Source: an uncultured Spirochaetota bacterium (lineage in GTDB: Bacteria > Spirochaetota > Spirochaetia > SZUA-6 > Fen-1364). From it: a stretch of DNA of 64,000 bases. The notes under the pieces were generated by a model. The model ran no database searches, was not told where the DNA came from, and saw nothing but the letters and a program-made list of their open reading frames with translations. The position numbers and the translations under genes were made by a program. Where the stretch lies: assembly GCA_963734545.1 (NCBI GenBank), contig CAVTHO010000004.1, positions 672,001 through 736,000 on the forward strand, given 5' to 3'. Position 1 is the first letter of the stretch. Each line of letters opens with the position of its first letter. This document shows, one piece after another, positions 1 to 9,411 of the stretch.

Positions 1-1
1 T

Positions 2-163
2 CGTCTCATCGGGGAGGGCGCCGACAATACCCTCATCGCGAGAAAGCTCTCGATCGCCGAGCAGACAGTGAAAAACCACGTGAGCGTGATCTATTCGAAG
101 CTGCACGTGCACAACCGCATGCAGGCGATGAAGCTTGCCAGCTCCTTGAAGAGTCACTTGTAG
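2..163 (+). CDS. C-terminal fragment of a LuxR/NarL-type HTH regulator (5' end outside window)
   Basis: Manual translation from base 2 gives RLIGEGADNTLIARKLSIAEQTVKNHVSVIYSKLHVHNRMQAM..., matching the LuxR HTH pattern (IA..L.I...TVK.H...I..KL). Stop TAG at 161-163. Confidence 0.85.
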   Translation, partial: RLIGEGADNTLIARKLSIAEQTVKNHVSVIYSKLHVHNRMQAMKLASSLKSHL

Positions 164-285
164 GGCGCCGCCGTACCTTGCACAAATGCCACCGGATACG
201 GCGGCCACCGTACTCGGTGGCATTCGTGGCCGCGAGTGCCACCGAGTACGGTGGCCGCGGTACTCCGTGCAGTGCGGCAGATTTG
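164..285. repeat. Nested cluster of RAAT-hairpin-CGC palindromic elements
   Basis: Three GCCACCG-RRTA-CGGYGGC hairpin units (184-207 +, 201-225 -, 234-258 +) lie inside a split TGCACGG-AGTA-CCG/TGCA unit. That unit lies inside a split AAAT-CTGCCG...GGTA-CGGCGG-CGC unit on the minus strand. Confidence 0.85.
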
Positions 286-383
286 TGAGTACTAGTACTA
301 TTCCGCCGTCAACCGGTACCGCAGTAACTTCTTTTCGCGCCACGCGTGGGATACTATGGCTGCGGGGGGATGAAAGCCCGCAG

Positions 384-1730
384 ATGAACAGGATCCCTGG
401 CGTACTTGCCATGCTTCTCGCCGTCTCAGCGGCCGTCTTCGCCGCCGGGGGGCGTGAAGAGAGCGGTCAGGTCGAGCTCACCGTCGCAACGGTGAACAAC
501 CCAGACATGCTGATCATGCAGCAGCTCTCGGGTTCTTTCACGCGCAGCACGAACATCCGATTGAGTTTCGTCGTGCTTCCGGAAAATGAGCTGCGCCAGA
601 AAGTCACCGAGGACGTCGGACTCGGCTCCGGAAAGTACGACATCATGACCATCGGAACCTATGACGCTCCGTTCTGGGGGAAAAACGGGTGGATCGTTTC
701 CCTCGAGCCTTTCTTTGCCCGGCTTCCGCAGGCGGAAAGAGACGCGTACGACCGGGAGGACCTGCTCCCGTCGATCCGATCCGCGCTTTCGTACAACCAC
801 GCCCAGTTCGCCCTTCCCTTCTACGGCGAGAGCAGCATGGTCTTCTACCGAAAGGACCTGTTCGCACGCGCGGGCCTCACAATGCCGGAGGCGCCCACCT
901 GGAAGCAGATCTACGATTTCGCGATGAGACTGAAGGGCATCGAAAAAGGAACATACGGCATCGTGCTCCGGGGCCTGCCCGGGTGGGGAGAGATCCTGGC
1001 CCCCTTCAACACGGTGATCAACGCATTCGGCGGGAGATGGTTCGACGAGGAGTGGCATCCCGCGTTCGACGAGCCCCCCATGCGTGAGGCATGGGAGTTC
1101 TACAAGAAGATCCTTGCAGATGCGGGGGAGCCCAACCCCGCAACGAACGGCTATACCGAGTGCCTGGCCATCATGCAGAGCGGCAAGGCCGCCCTCTGGT
1201 ACGACGCAACGGTGACCGCGGGCGCGCTGGAAGCACCGGGTTCGAAAGTCGCCGGCAGGATCGGCTACGCGCAGGCCCCGTCCGCCCGGAAAGGCAACAA
1301 TGGCTGGCTCTGGGCGTGGGCGCTCGCCATCGGGTCCTCGTCGCGGCATCCCGACGAGGCTTTCAAGTTCCTCCGGTGGGCGACTGACAGGAGCTATATT
1401 TCCCTGGTCGGCAGCCAGGTCGGCTGGGCGCGCGTCCCCCCGGGCACGAGGGCTTCCACGTACCGCAATCCGCACTACCTTGCCGCCGCGCCTTTCGCCG
1501 GCCGGGTCCTGGCCGCAATCGAAAGCGCCGACTACGAGCACCCGACTCTCGCGCCGGTCCCCTACGTGGGCGTGCAGTACGTTTCCATCCCCGAGTTCCA
1601 GAGCCTCGGAGAAACGGTCTCCCAGCAGCTCGCGGCGTACATTGCGGGACAGAAGACCATCGATGCGGCTCTCGCCGACTCGCAGGCCGCGGCCCTTCGG
1701 GTTGCGCGCGAGGGCGGGTACCTCAAGTAG
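384..1730 (+). CDS. Sugar/polyol ABC transporter substrate-binding protein (SmoE/MtlE-like)
   Basis: Signal peptide MNRIPGVLAMLLAVSAAVFA, then LTVATVNNPDM, ENELRQKVT, PFYGESSM, WLWAWAL and PYVGVQYV motifs typical of sorbitol/mannitol-type SBPs. Confidence 0.9.
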   Translation: MNRIPGVLAMLLAVSAAVFAAGGREESGQVELTVATVNNPDMLIMQQLSGSFTRSTNIRLSFVVLPENELRQKVTEDVGLGSGKYDIMTIGTYDAPFWGKNGWIVSLEPFFARLPQAERDAYDREDLLPSIRSALSYNHAQFALPFYGESSMVFYRKDLFARAGLTMPEAPTWKQIYDFAMRLKGIEKGTYGIVLRGLPGWGEILAPFNTVINAFGGRWFDEEWHPAFDEPPMREAWEFYKKILADAGEPNPATNGYTECLAIMQSGKAALWYDATVTAGALEAPGSKVAGRIGYAQAPSARKGNNGWLWAWALAIGSSSRHPDEAFKFLRWATDRSYISLVGSQVGWARVPPGTRASTYRNPHYLAAAPFAGRVLAAIESADYEHPTLAPVPYVGVQYVSIPEFQSLGETVSQQLAAYIAGQKTIDAALADSQAAALRVAREGGYLK

Positions 1731-1746
1731 GTTCATGAGGCCGGGG

Positions 1747-2631
1747 ATGCATGATGAATTGAACCGCCCACGATCCAGGCTCCTCACATTGCCGGCAATC
1801 GTGATCGTCGCGGTCATCACGCAGGCGCCCATCCTCGTCACCCTCGGGCTCTCCCTCGTGCAGTGGATAGTCGTCCGCCCCGACATGGGGGTCACGTTCG
1901 TGGGGTTGAACAACTATATCGACATTCTCCTTTCCCGGGATTTCTACTCCGTCGTCCTGAACACGGCGCTGATCACGCTGATCTCTCTTGCCGCCTGCAC
2001 GCTCCTGGGGATCCTGTTCGGGCTCATGTTGAACCAGGACTTTCCCGGGGTGAATATCGTGCGTACGTTGATCATCTCTCCCTTCTTCGTGATGGACGCG
2101 GTTGCCGGCATCATCTGGCGCACGATGATGCTGAACTCCTCGTTCGGCTTCAATGAATCCATCGCGGCCCTGCTGGGCATAAAGCCCGTCGATTTCTTCG
2201 GCGTCTACTCGCTGCTCACCATCATCATTCTCATTGTCTGGCAGTGGACCCCGTTTTTCGTCCTGATCATGCTTGCAGGGTTCCGTAACATTTCCGAGGA
2301 GATCATGGACAGCGCCCGGGTGGACGGGGTCGGGTGGCTGCGCGAGCTGCTCTCCATCCGGCTGCCGATCATCATGAACCACATCGAGGTGGCGATCCTG
2401 CTCGGGATGATCTTCGTGCTCAAGGTGTTCGGACTCATCTTCGTCACCACCCGGGGCGGACCCGGCTATTCCTCCGCCAACCTTCCCTTTTACGCGTATC
2501 GGACGGCATTCCTCGGCTGGGATGTCGGGCACGCGGCGGCGCTCGCCGTGGTGACGGTGGCAATCACCCTCGTGGCCATTTCCGTTCTGTTCCGCTGGTT
2601 TCGACGGCGCTTCGCGGAGTCTGCCTCATGA
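1747..2631 (+). CDS. Carbohydrate ABC transporter permease (SmoF-like)
   Basis: Multiple TM segments, WQWTPF, EAA-like loop (DSARVDG) and TRGGPG. Start estimated. Confidence 0.9.
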   Translation: MHDELNRPRSRLLTLPAIVIVAVITQAPILVTLGLSLVQWIVVRPDMGVTFVGLNNYIDILLSRDFYSVVLNTALITLISLAACTLLGILFGLMLNQDFPGVNIVRTLIISPFFVMDAVAGIIWRTMMLNSSFGFNESIAALLGIKPVDFFGVYSLLTIIILIVWQWTPFFVLIMLAGFRNISEEIMDSARVDGVGWLRELLSIRLPIIMNHIEVAILLGMIFVLKVFGLIFVTTRGGPGYSSANLPFYAYRTAFLGWDVGHAAALAVVTVAITLVAISVLFRWFRRRFAESAS

Positions 2632-3452
2632 AGTCCCGCGCGCGCAAGGGTCGTCGTCGATTGCGGATTGTGCTCGCGTGGTGTGTCGCCGTGATCTGGG
2701 CGTTTCCTCTTCTCTACATGCTTCTCACCAGCTTCAAGACGGAAGCGGACGCCGTGCCGCCGACTCTGTGGATCGCGCACCCGACGCTGCAGAACTACGG
2801 GATCGTCCTCCAGCATCAGATCCTCCGCTACCTGGAGGATTCGGCCATCATCTCCGTCTCAACGGTGGCACTCTGCATCCTCGTCGGCGTCCCCACGTCC
2901 TATGTCATCGTCTTCGGCAGGCTGAAAAAGGCGGACAATCTCTTCTTCTGGTTCCTGTCCACCACGCTGCTGCCGCCGGTGGCCGTGATCATCCCCGTGT
3001 TCCTGATCTTTCGGGTGCTCGGTCTGCTCGATACGCTCGGCGGGATGATCCTCATTTTTTCCGGGGTCAACATTCCGATCGTGATCTGGATGATACGGGC
3101 ATTCCTTCTCGATGTGCCGAGGGAAATCCTGGAGTCCGCGGACCTGGACGGCGCGTCCCGATTGCGGTCGTTTTTCAGCACGATCGTCCCCCTGTGCCGG
3201 CAGGGCATTGTGTCGATCGCTCTGCTCGTGTTCATATTCGTCTGGAACGAGTTCTTCTTCTCGATCAATCTGACGTACGTCAACGCGGCCCCCGTGCCGG
3301 TCTACATGGCGAGTTTCATGACGCAGGAAGGATTGTTCTGGGCCAAGCTGAGCGCCATCTCGACGCTCGTCATCCTTCCTCCATCGATACTGGGGTGGTT
3401 TGCACAGCGCTCGCTGGTCAAGGGTCTGACCGCGGGCTCCGTGAAGGGATAG
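2628..3452 (+). CDS. Carbohydrate ABC transporter permease (SmoG-like)
   Basis: TSFK, ESADLDGAS, WNEFFF and QRSLVKGLTAGSVKG. ATGA overlap with the upstream permease. Confidence 0.9.
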   Translation: MKSRARKGRRRLRIVLAWCVAVIWAFPLLYMLLTSFKTEADAVPPTLWIAHPTLQNYGIVLQHQILRYLEDSAIISVSTVALCILVGVPTSYVIVFGRLKKADNLFFWFLSTTLLPPVAVIIPVFLIFRVLGLLDTLGGMILIFSGVNIPIVIWMIRAFLLDVPREILESADLDGASRLRSFFSTIVPLCRQGIVSIALLVFIFVWNEFFFSINLTYVNAAPVPVYMASFMTQEGLFWAKLSAISTLVILPPSILGWFAQRSLVKGLTAGSVKG

Positions 3453-3473
3453 GGAAAACAGAAGGAGGTCGTC

Positions 3474-4277
3474 ATGGATCAGGTGACTCAGGCAGCTCCC
3501 ATCCTGGAGAGGTTCCGCTTGAAGGGAAAGGTCGCCCTTGTCACAGGGGCGGGACAGGGCATTGGCCGCGCGTTCGCGCACGCGCTGGGAGAGGCGGGCG
3601 CCTCGGTCGCGGTGGTGGATATCGCACCGGACGCCATTCGGGAGGTCGTGGCGGAGCTGGAGGGCAAAGGCGTGGATGCCCTTGCCGTGCGCGCCGACGT
3701 GAGCGACCGGGCCGAGATCGGGCGCATGGTGGACACGGTGCTGAAGAAATGGGGCGCTCTCACGATCGGCGTCAACAACGCGGGCATCGGGCAGTGGGTG
3801 GATGCGGAGAACATCACGGAGGAGATCTGGCAGAAGGTCATGCGCCTGAATCTCGATGGCGTATTCGCGTGCGCGCAGGCCGAGGCGCGCGTGATGAAGA
3901 AGTCCGGATACGGGAAGATCATCAATACCGCGTCCATGTCCGGCCATATCGTCAACACGCCGCAAAACCAGGTCCCCTACAACGTGTCCAAGGCGGGTGT
4001 CATCCACCTGACGCGGAGCCTCGCGACTGAATGGGCGCGGTACGGCATCCGCGTGAACTCCATCAGCCCGGGGTACACGAGGACCGCCCTCGTGGAGAAC
4101 CTGATTGGGACACCGGAAGGCAGGAAGATGGCGGAGGCCTGGATGCCGCTCATCCCGATGCACCGCATGGCCGAGGTCACCGACCTGCAGGGCGCCGTGG
4201 TCTATCTGGCGAGCGAGGCGTCGGATTACATGACGGGTTCCGATCTCGTCATCGACGGAGGATACTGCGCCTGGTAG
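3474..4277 (+). CDS. SDR-family oxidoreductase (polyol dehydrogenase / ketose reductase-like)
   Basis: TGAGQGIG Rossmann motif, NNAG, catalytic S...YNVSK, SPGY and DGG C-terminus. [12 protein letters not shown] resembles sorbose/xylulose reductases. Confidence 0.9.
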   Translation: MDQVTQAAPILERFRLKGKVALVTGAGQGIGRAFAHALGEAGASVAVVDIAPDAIREVVAELEGKGVDALAVRADVSDRAEIGRMVDTVLKKWGALTIGVNNAGIGQWVDAENITEEIWQKVMRLNLDGVFACAQAEARVMKKSGYGKIINTASMSGHIVNTPQNQVPYNVSKAGVIHLTRSLATEWARYGIRVNSISPGYTRTALVENLIGTPEGRKMAEAWMPLIPMHRMAEVTDLQGAVVYLASEASDYMTGSDLVIDGGYCAW

Positions 4278-4284
4278 CACGCCC

Positions 4285-5646
4285 ATGAGGATAGCCGGCC
4301 TCGACATCGGCACGACCACGCTCTGCGGCCTTCTCCTGGACAGCGAGACGGGCGGGATCCTCTCGGTGATCACGGAGCCGAACTCCTTCGCGCTCCCGGC
4401 CGCCGCGCCCTGGGAATCGCTGCAGGACGCCGGGGCTATTGCCGGCGCAGCGGCACGGATCATCGATCGGTTCGCGGCATCCCATGGCCGCATCGGGGCC
4501 ATCGGAATAGCCGGCCAGATGCACGGAATCCTGTATGTGGACCGGGGCGGGGAGGCACTGAGCCCCCTGTACACCTGGCAGGACGGCCGAGGCGACCGCG
4601 AGATGCGCGCGAGGGTGACCTATGCCGGGGCGGTCTCCGAAACGCTCGGCAGGCCGCTCGGAACCGGTATGGGACTGGTCACGCACTTCTACAACGTCAG
4701 GAACCGCCTGGTGCCGGCGGGAACTGCCGCGCTCTGCACCGTCTCGGACTATGCGGCGATGAAGCTCGCCAGAAGGTCGCAGCCGCTCATGGATGCGACA
4801 AATGCGGCGAGCCTGGGCGGTTTCGACCTGCCGCGGCTGGAGTTCCGGCCCGATGCCATCAGGACGCTCGGGCTGGACCCCGGCATCTTTCCGCGCGTGG
4901 ACGCCAGGTACCCTGCCCTCGGTGAAACAGCGGAAGGGACGCCCGTGTTCACCGCTCTCGGTGACAACCAGGCGAGCTTCCTTGGGTCTGTCCGGCAGGT
5001 CGAAGGCTCCCTCCTCGTGAACATCGGCACGGGAAGTCAGCTCTCGCTTTTCATGTCAAAGTGGCTCGACATCCCGGGCATCGACACGCGGCCGTTCCCG
5101 CTGGGAGGCTGCATCGGCGTCGGCGCTGCGCTCTGCGGCGGCAAGGCCTGGTCGATCCTCCACGAGTTCTTCGAGCGGACGCTGCGCCTGTTCACCACGC
5201 AGGAGGGCGGCGCGTCCTGGGAGGTGATGAACGGGGTGTCGCCGCAGAGCGCGGCTGCCGGGGAGCCCCTGGCGGTGGATACGCGGTTCGCCGGCGCCCG
5301 TGCGGAGCCGGAGATCAGGGGTGCGATCAGCGGCATCGGCACGCGCAACTTCACGCCGGAGAATCTCATCAACGGAGTTCGGGAAGGGATCGCAGAGGAG
5401 CTGCTCGGGTTCCTGGAAAAGTTTCCCGCTGAAGTCCGCGGATCGATAAGAACGCTCGTCGGCTCGGGGAACGGGATCAGGCTGAACACCCTGCTCCAGA
5501 AGGTGTTCGAGGACAGGCTGGGCATGAAAATGAGCGTGCCGGCGCACAGGGAGGAGACCTCTTTCGGCGCCGCCCTTATTGCCGGAGTGGCATGCGGCGC
5601 GCTGCCTGACCTGGACGCGGCCGGGAGGCTCATCCGCTACCTCTGA
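4285..5646 (+). CDS. FGGY-family carbohydrate kinase, sedoheptulokinase-like
   Basis: GLDIGTTT, GQMHG, YTWQD.RG, LGDNQASFLGS, NIGTGSQLS, GSGNG and GAAL motifs. Confidence 0.85.
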   Translation: MRIAGLDIGTTTLCGLLLDSETGGILSVITEPNSFALPAAAPWESLQDAGAIAGAAARIIDRFAASHGRIGAIGIAGQMHGILYVDRGGEALSPLYTWQDGRGDREMRARVTYAGAVSETLGRPLGTGMGLVTHFYNVRNRLVPAGTAALCTVSDYAAMKLARRSQPLMDATNAASLGGFDLPRLEFRPDAIRTLGLDPGIFPRVDARYPALGETAEGTPVFTALGDNQASFLGSVRQVEGSLLVNIGTGSQLSLFMSKWLDIPGIDTRPFPLGGCIGVGAALCGGKAWSILHEFFERTLRLFTTQEGGASWEVMNGVSPQSAAAGEPLAVDTRFAGARAEPEIRGAISGIGTRNFTPENLINGVREGIAEELLGFLEKFPAEVRGSIRTLVGSGNGIRLNTLLQKVFEDRLGMKMSVPAHREETSFGAALIAGVACGALPDLDAAGRLIRYL

Positions 5647-5713
5647 CCGCAAATGTCGCCAGGAGCGACCGCAAATGTCGCCAAACTCCGCCAGGAGCGG
5701 AAGGAACGACCGC
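5645..5713 (+). repeat. Tandem/nested AAAT-GTCGC-CAGGA-GCGAC-CGC hairpin elements
   Basis: Unit 1 is 5651-5672. Unit 2 (5673-5713) has AAAC-TCCGC-CAGGA-GCGGA (5683-5701) inserted in its loop. Confidence 0.85.
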
Positions 5714-5714
5714 A

Positions 5715-5744
5715 TTGACAGACAGCCGACCCACCGGCTAATGT
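5715..5744 (+). promoter_or_regulatory. Sigma70-like promoter of leuB, probably leaderless
   Basis: TTGACA (5715-5720), 18 nt, TAATGT (5739-5744). ATG lies 6 nt downstream with no SD. Confidence 0.6.
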
Positions 5745-5750
5745 CCGCGC

Positions 5751-6797
5751 ATGAGCAAAATCGCAGTCATCCCCGGCGACGGCACGGGCCCCGAGGTTAC
5801 CCGTGAGGGAATCAAGGTCCTCACCGCGGCGTCGCGCAAGTTTTCCTTTCCGCTCGCCTTCACCAATTTCGACTGGGGCGGAGAACGGTACCTGAAGACC
5901 GGCGAGACGCTCCCGGAGGGCGGCATCGAACAGCTCCGCGGGTTCGACGCAATCTACCTCGGTGCCATCGGGCACCCGGACGTGAAGCCCGGCATTCTGG
6001 AACAGGGCATCCTCCTGCGCCTGCGTTTCGAGCTGGACCAGTACATCAACCTCCGCCCGGTGCGCCTGTACCCGAACGTGGAGACGCCGCTTGCCGGCAA
6101 GGGCCCGAAAGACATCGACTTCGTGATCGTGCGGGAAAACGTGGAGGGGCTCTACATCGGTTCGGGCGGGTTCCTCAAGAAAGGCACTCCGGACGAGGTT
6201 GCGATCCAGGAGATGGTCTACACGCGAAAGGGTGTGGAGAGATGCATCCGCTTCGCCTTCGAGTTCACGCGCAAGCGGAACAAGGGGAAGAAGCTCACGA
6301 TGTCGGGCAAGACCAACGTGCTCACCTACGTGCAGGACCTGTGGTACCGGACATTCATGGAGGTGGCAAAGGAATACCCCGACATCACCGCTGACTACGC
6401 CCACATCGACGCCACCACCATGTGGATGGTGAAGAACCCCGAGTGGTTCGACGTCATCGTGACGGAAAACATGTTCGGGGACATCATCACCGACCTCGGC
6501 GCCATGGTGCAGGGAGGCATGGGCGTGGCTGCCGGGGGGAACATCAACCCGCAGGGCGTGTCCATGTTCGAGCCCATCGGGGGCTCGGCTCCCAAGTACA
6601 CAGGCCAGAATATCATCAACCCGGTGGCGTCGATCCTTGCCGGCGCAATGATGCTGGATCAGCTCGGCCAGGCAAAGGCCGCTGAAGCGGTCGAGCGCTC
6701 GGTCATCGCCGTCATCGGGAAGATGAAGAGCATGGCGGCCGGCAAGATGGGCTTCACGACAAGCCAGGTCGGCGACATGGTTGCCGCGGGGCTCTAA
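5751..6797 (+). CDS. leuB: 3-isopropylmalate dehydrogenase (isocitrate/isopropylmalate DH family)
   Basis: [34 protein letters not shown] and FEPIGGSAP motifs. Confidence 0.85.
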   Translation: MSKIAVIPGDGTGPEVTREGIKVLTAASRKFSFPLAFTNFDWGGERYLKTGETLPEGGIEQLRGFDAIYLGAIGHPDVKPGILEQGILLRLRFELDQYINLRPVRLYPNVETPLAGKGPKDIDFVIVRENVEGLYIGSGGFLKKGTPDEVAIQEMVYTRKGVERCIRFAFEFTRKRNKGKKLTMSGKTNVLTYVQDLWYRTFMEVAKEYPDITADYAHIDATTMWMVKNPEWFDVIVTENMFGDIITDLGAMVQGGMGVAAGGNINPQGVSMFEPIGGSAPKYTGQNIINPVASILAGAMMLDQLGQAKAAEAVERSVIAVIGKMKSMAAGKMGFTTSQVGDMVAAGL

Positions 6798-6906
6798 CCG
6801 GCACCGCCCGCAGGGCGGTATCCGCGCGCGGGATTGACTGTGCTTTGCTCGCCATGGCGGTAACGGTCTCACCGGCACCGCCCGCAGGGCGGTATCCGCG
6901 CGCGGG
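6797..6906. repeat. Two exact 36-nt direct repeats with internal hairpin (74-nt period)
   Basis: ACCGGCACCGCCCGCAGGGCGGTATCCGCGCGCGGG at 6797-6832 and 6871-6906, with hairpin ACCGCCC-GCA-GGGCGGT. Located between convergent genes. Confidence 0.9.
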
Positions 6907-6950
6907 TCTGGTTGCTTTTTGCTTGCCATGCCAGTCCCGCGCACCCTTCC

Positions 6951-8063
6951 CTACTCGTACAGCCGAAGGCTCTTCCTGTACATACCGACGTTTTCGATGA
7001 AGTCCGTGCTGTCGGCGAACTGGTCGATGGCGCCGATCCGGATGGAGATGTCACGCACCTCCCGGGACTCGATGGCGCCGAGAAGGGCATTGGAGAACCG
7101 GTCCGCGCGGATGACCGCATAGGGGCGGTGGAAAAAGTGCCGCGGTGAGGTGTCCAGCGGATCGGTCACGCCCAGCGAGTTGTGCATGTGCCCGAGCAGC
7201 CGATAGAGCCCGACAAGGCTCTGCTCGATCGGCTGGTATTCCCTTCCGTCGAGGGCGCCCATGATGAGCGGGGTCGCCTCCGCGCTGCACGGCAGCCGGG
7301 CAAACGCGCTGCCCAGCCACTTCTCATAGGGCGCATACCGGCGCTCCAGGAGGAAGCACAGCCTCATGATGTCGCGCGTGAGCCGGGCAGCGACGATCTT
7401 CATGCCGACCGTATCACCCGCCTCCGCGCACCGGCCGACGAATGCTTCCTGCTGGAACAGTTTCTGCCACTGGCAGGCCATCTTGTACAGCCATATGTCC
7501 GCGGGATAGTAGGAAAGGTCCTTCCGGAGCCGGGTCAGCTCTCCCGGGGGGTCGTGAAAGACATCTCCCGAGGTCAGCTCGAGAAGCCGCTGCTCGGGGA
7601 ATGTCAGCCAGTCGAGGAGCCCGATTCCGCCGCGTACGTCGGTCCCGAGATAGCGGTGAAAATACTCCGGTATGGTCGTGATCTCCACGAGGTGATGCAC
7701 GAGCCCGTCTTCAGACGGACGGGGCACTTGCGTACCGCCGTCGAGCGGATCCGGATCGGAAAAGCCAACGGCAAAGCCGTGGAATACGCCGGGCAGACGC
7801 TTCTTCAGCTCGGTGTCCAGCGCCGCGGTCCTGGCCGCGTGCACGTCCTCTGGCAGGAAAAGCTGGAACCGGGGCCCCCAGTTGTGGTCGATCGACCTTT
7901 CCGAATCGTAGCCCAGGACATCGGACCCGTACCCGATGAAGGCCGCCGCATAGGAGTCGGCGGGGATCACCCTCTCGATAATCGGGCGCGCGGCCTCCGT
8001 GAAGAACATGCTGCCCAGACGCAGTCCGGGAATGAAGCCGGCCGCCGTATCCATCGATTTCAC
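6951..8063 (-). CDS. DUF4037 domain protein (nucleotidyltransferase-like fold)
   Basis: G.GSDVLGYD..S.DHNWGP, G.VF.DP.G and YAPYEKW motifs recalled for DUF4037 proteins. Confidence 0.75.
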   Translation of the reverse strand: MKSMDTAAGFIPGLRLGSMFFTEAARPIIERVIPADSYAAAFIGYGSDVLGYDSERSIDHNWGPRFQLFLPEDVHAARTAALDTELKKRLPGVFHGFAVGFSDPDPLDGGTQVPRPSEDGLVHHLVEITTIPEYFHRYLGTDVRGGIGLLDWLTFPEQRLLELTSGDVFHDPPGELTRLRKDLSYYPADIWLYKMACQWQKLFQQEAFVGRCAEAGDTVGMKIVAARLTRDIMRLCFLLERRYAPYEKWLGSAFARLPCSAEATPLIMGALDGREYQPIEQSLVGLYRLLGHMHNSLGVTDPLDTSPRHFFHRPYAVIRADRFSNALLGAIESREVRDISIRIGAIDQFADSTDFIENVGMYRKSLRLYE

Positions 8064-9310
8064 GCGGGGGGGAACTCCAGCGTGGCGAAATAGTCATCCA
8101 GGGTCTCCGCGCGCCTGATCTGCTGGACCGACCCGTCCGGCTTGAGGAGCAGCTCCGCGGAGCGCAGCTTGCCGTTGTAGTTGAAGCCCATTGCGTGGCC
8201 GTGCGCGCCCGTGTCGTGGATGACCAGGAGATCTCCCTCTTCGATGCCGGGCAGTTTCCTGTCTATGGCGAACTTGTCGTTGTTCTCACAGAGGGAACCG
8301 GTCACGTCGTATGCCCGGTCCGCCGGCTGCGATTCTTTTCCCACGACGGTGATGTGGTGGTACGCGCCATAGAGGGCGGGCCGCATCAGGTTGCTCATGC
8401 AGGCGTCCAGGCCGACAAAGTCCTTGTAGGTGTGCTTCAGGTGCAGCACCCTGCTCACCAGCCACCCGTATGGGCCCATGATCGCCCTGCCGCTTTCCAT
8501 GTAGAGCTTCAGCGGATGAAGGCCCTTTGCCTTCACCTTTGTCTCATACATGTCACGCACGCCCTGGCCGAGTCTCTGCCAGTCGATAGCCGTCTGGTCG
8601 GGCTTGTACGGAATGCCGAACCCGCCGCCCAGGTTCACGAATTCGAATCGGATGCCCAGCTCCCGGGAGAGATCCGCGACGAGATCGAAGAGCATGCGTG
8701 CCGTTTCAATGTGATAGCCCAGGTTCAGCTCGTTGGAGGCGACCATGGCGTGCAGGCCGAAGCGCGTGACGCCGCGGTCCCGCACCGTCCGGTAGCCATC
8801 GAAGAGTTGTTCGCGGGTGAAGCCGTACTTGGATTCCCGCGGTGTGCCGATGATGAGGTTCCCCTCCCGGAGGTCACCGGGGTTGTAGCGGAAGGAGATC
8901 AGATCCGGAAGACCGGCGTGCTTCGCCAGAAAGTCGATGTGCGTGATGTCGTCCAGGTTGATGATGGCCCCGAGCTGTTTCGCTTTCACGTATTCAGCGG
9001 AAGGCGTGTCATTCGATGTGAACATGATCTGCTCGCCGGCGAGACCCACGCGCTCCGACATGACGAGCTCGGCCATGGAGCTGCAGTCCGCGCCGAATCC
9101 CTCGGACTTCGTAATCTTCAGGATGTGGGGATTGGGACACGACTTGACCGCGAAGAACTCCCGAAACCCGTCCGCCCACGAGAACGCGCTCTTCAACGCG
9201 CGCGCGTTTTCCCGTATCCCTTTCTCGTCGTAGATATGGAAGGGAGTGGGATGGGACTGGACGATCTTCTCGAGCTTTTCCCGCGAGAGCGGGAGCCCCT
9301 TCTCAGTCAT
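8060..9310 (-). CDS. lysA: Diaminopimelate decarboxylase
   Basis: PTPFHIYDE, FAVKSCPN (PLP Lys), NLGGGFG, ESGR, RPALYGAYH, GSLCENND and MGFNYN. GGAGG SD upstream. Confidence 0.93.
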   Translation of the reverse strand: MTEKGLPLSREKLEKIVQSHPTPFHIYDEKGIRENARALKSAFSWADGFREFFAVKSCPNPHILKITKSEGFGADCSSMAELVMSERVGLAGEQIMFTSNDTPSAEYVKAKQLGAIINLDDITHIDFLAKHAGLPDLISFRYNPGDLREGNLIIGTPRESKYGFTREQLFDGYRTVRDRGVTRFGLHAMVASNELNLGYHIETARMLFDLVADLSRELGIRFEFVNLGGGFGIPYKPDQTAIDWQRLGQGVRDMYETKVKAKGLHPLKLYMESGRAIMGPYGWLVSRVLHLKHTYKDFVGLDACMSNLMRPALYGAYHHITVVGKESQPADRAYDVTGSLCENNDKFAIDRKLPGIEEGDLLVIHDTGAHGHAMGFNYNGKLRSAELLLKPDGSVQQIRRAETLDDYFATLEFPPA

Positions 9311-9411
9311 GCGCTCCTCCGTGAGACGGAGTGTAGCCGGAGCGCCGCACCGTGTCCACACGTCGAAGAAAATCCGCTGAGTACATCGATGGGGCGCGGG
9401 CGCGGCCCCAT

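Noticed and set aside
6797-6906. CRISPR array (36-nt repeats, 38-nt spacer)
   Set aside because: Only two repeats, no cas genes or AT-rich leader, and the spacer resembles the sequence after repeat 2, which indicates a tandem duplication.
6951-8063. Nucleotidyltransferase toxin-antitoxin or CBASS-type defence gene
   Set aside because: No partner or effector gene nearby. It sits at the end of a housekeeping run after lysA.
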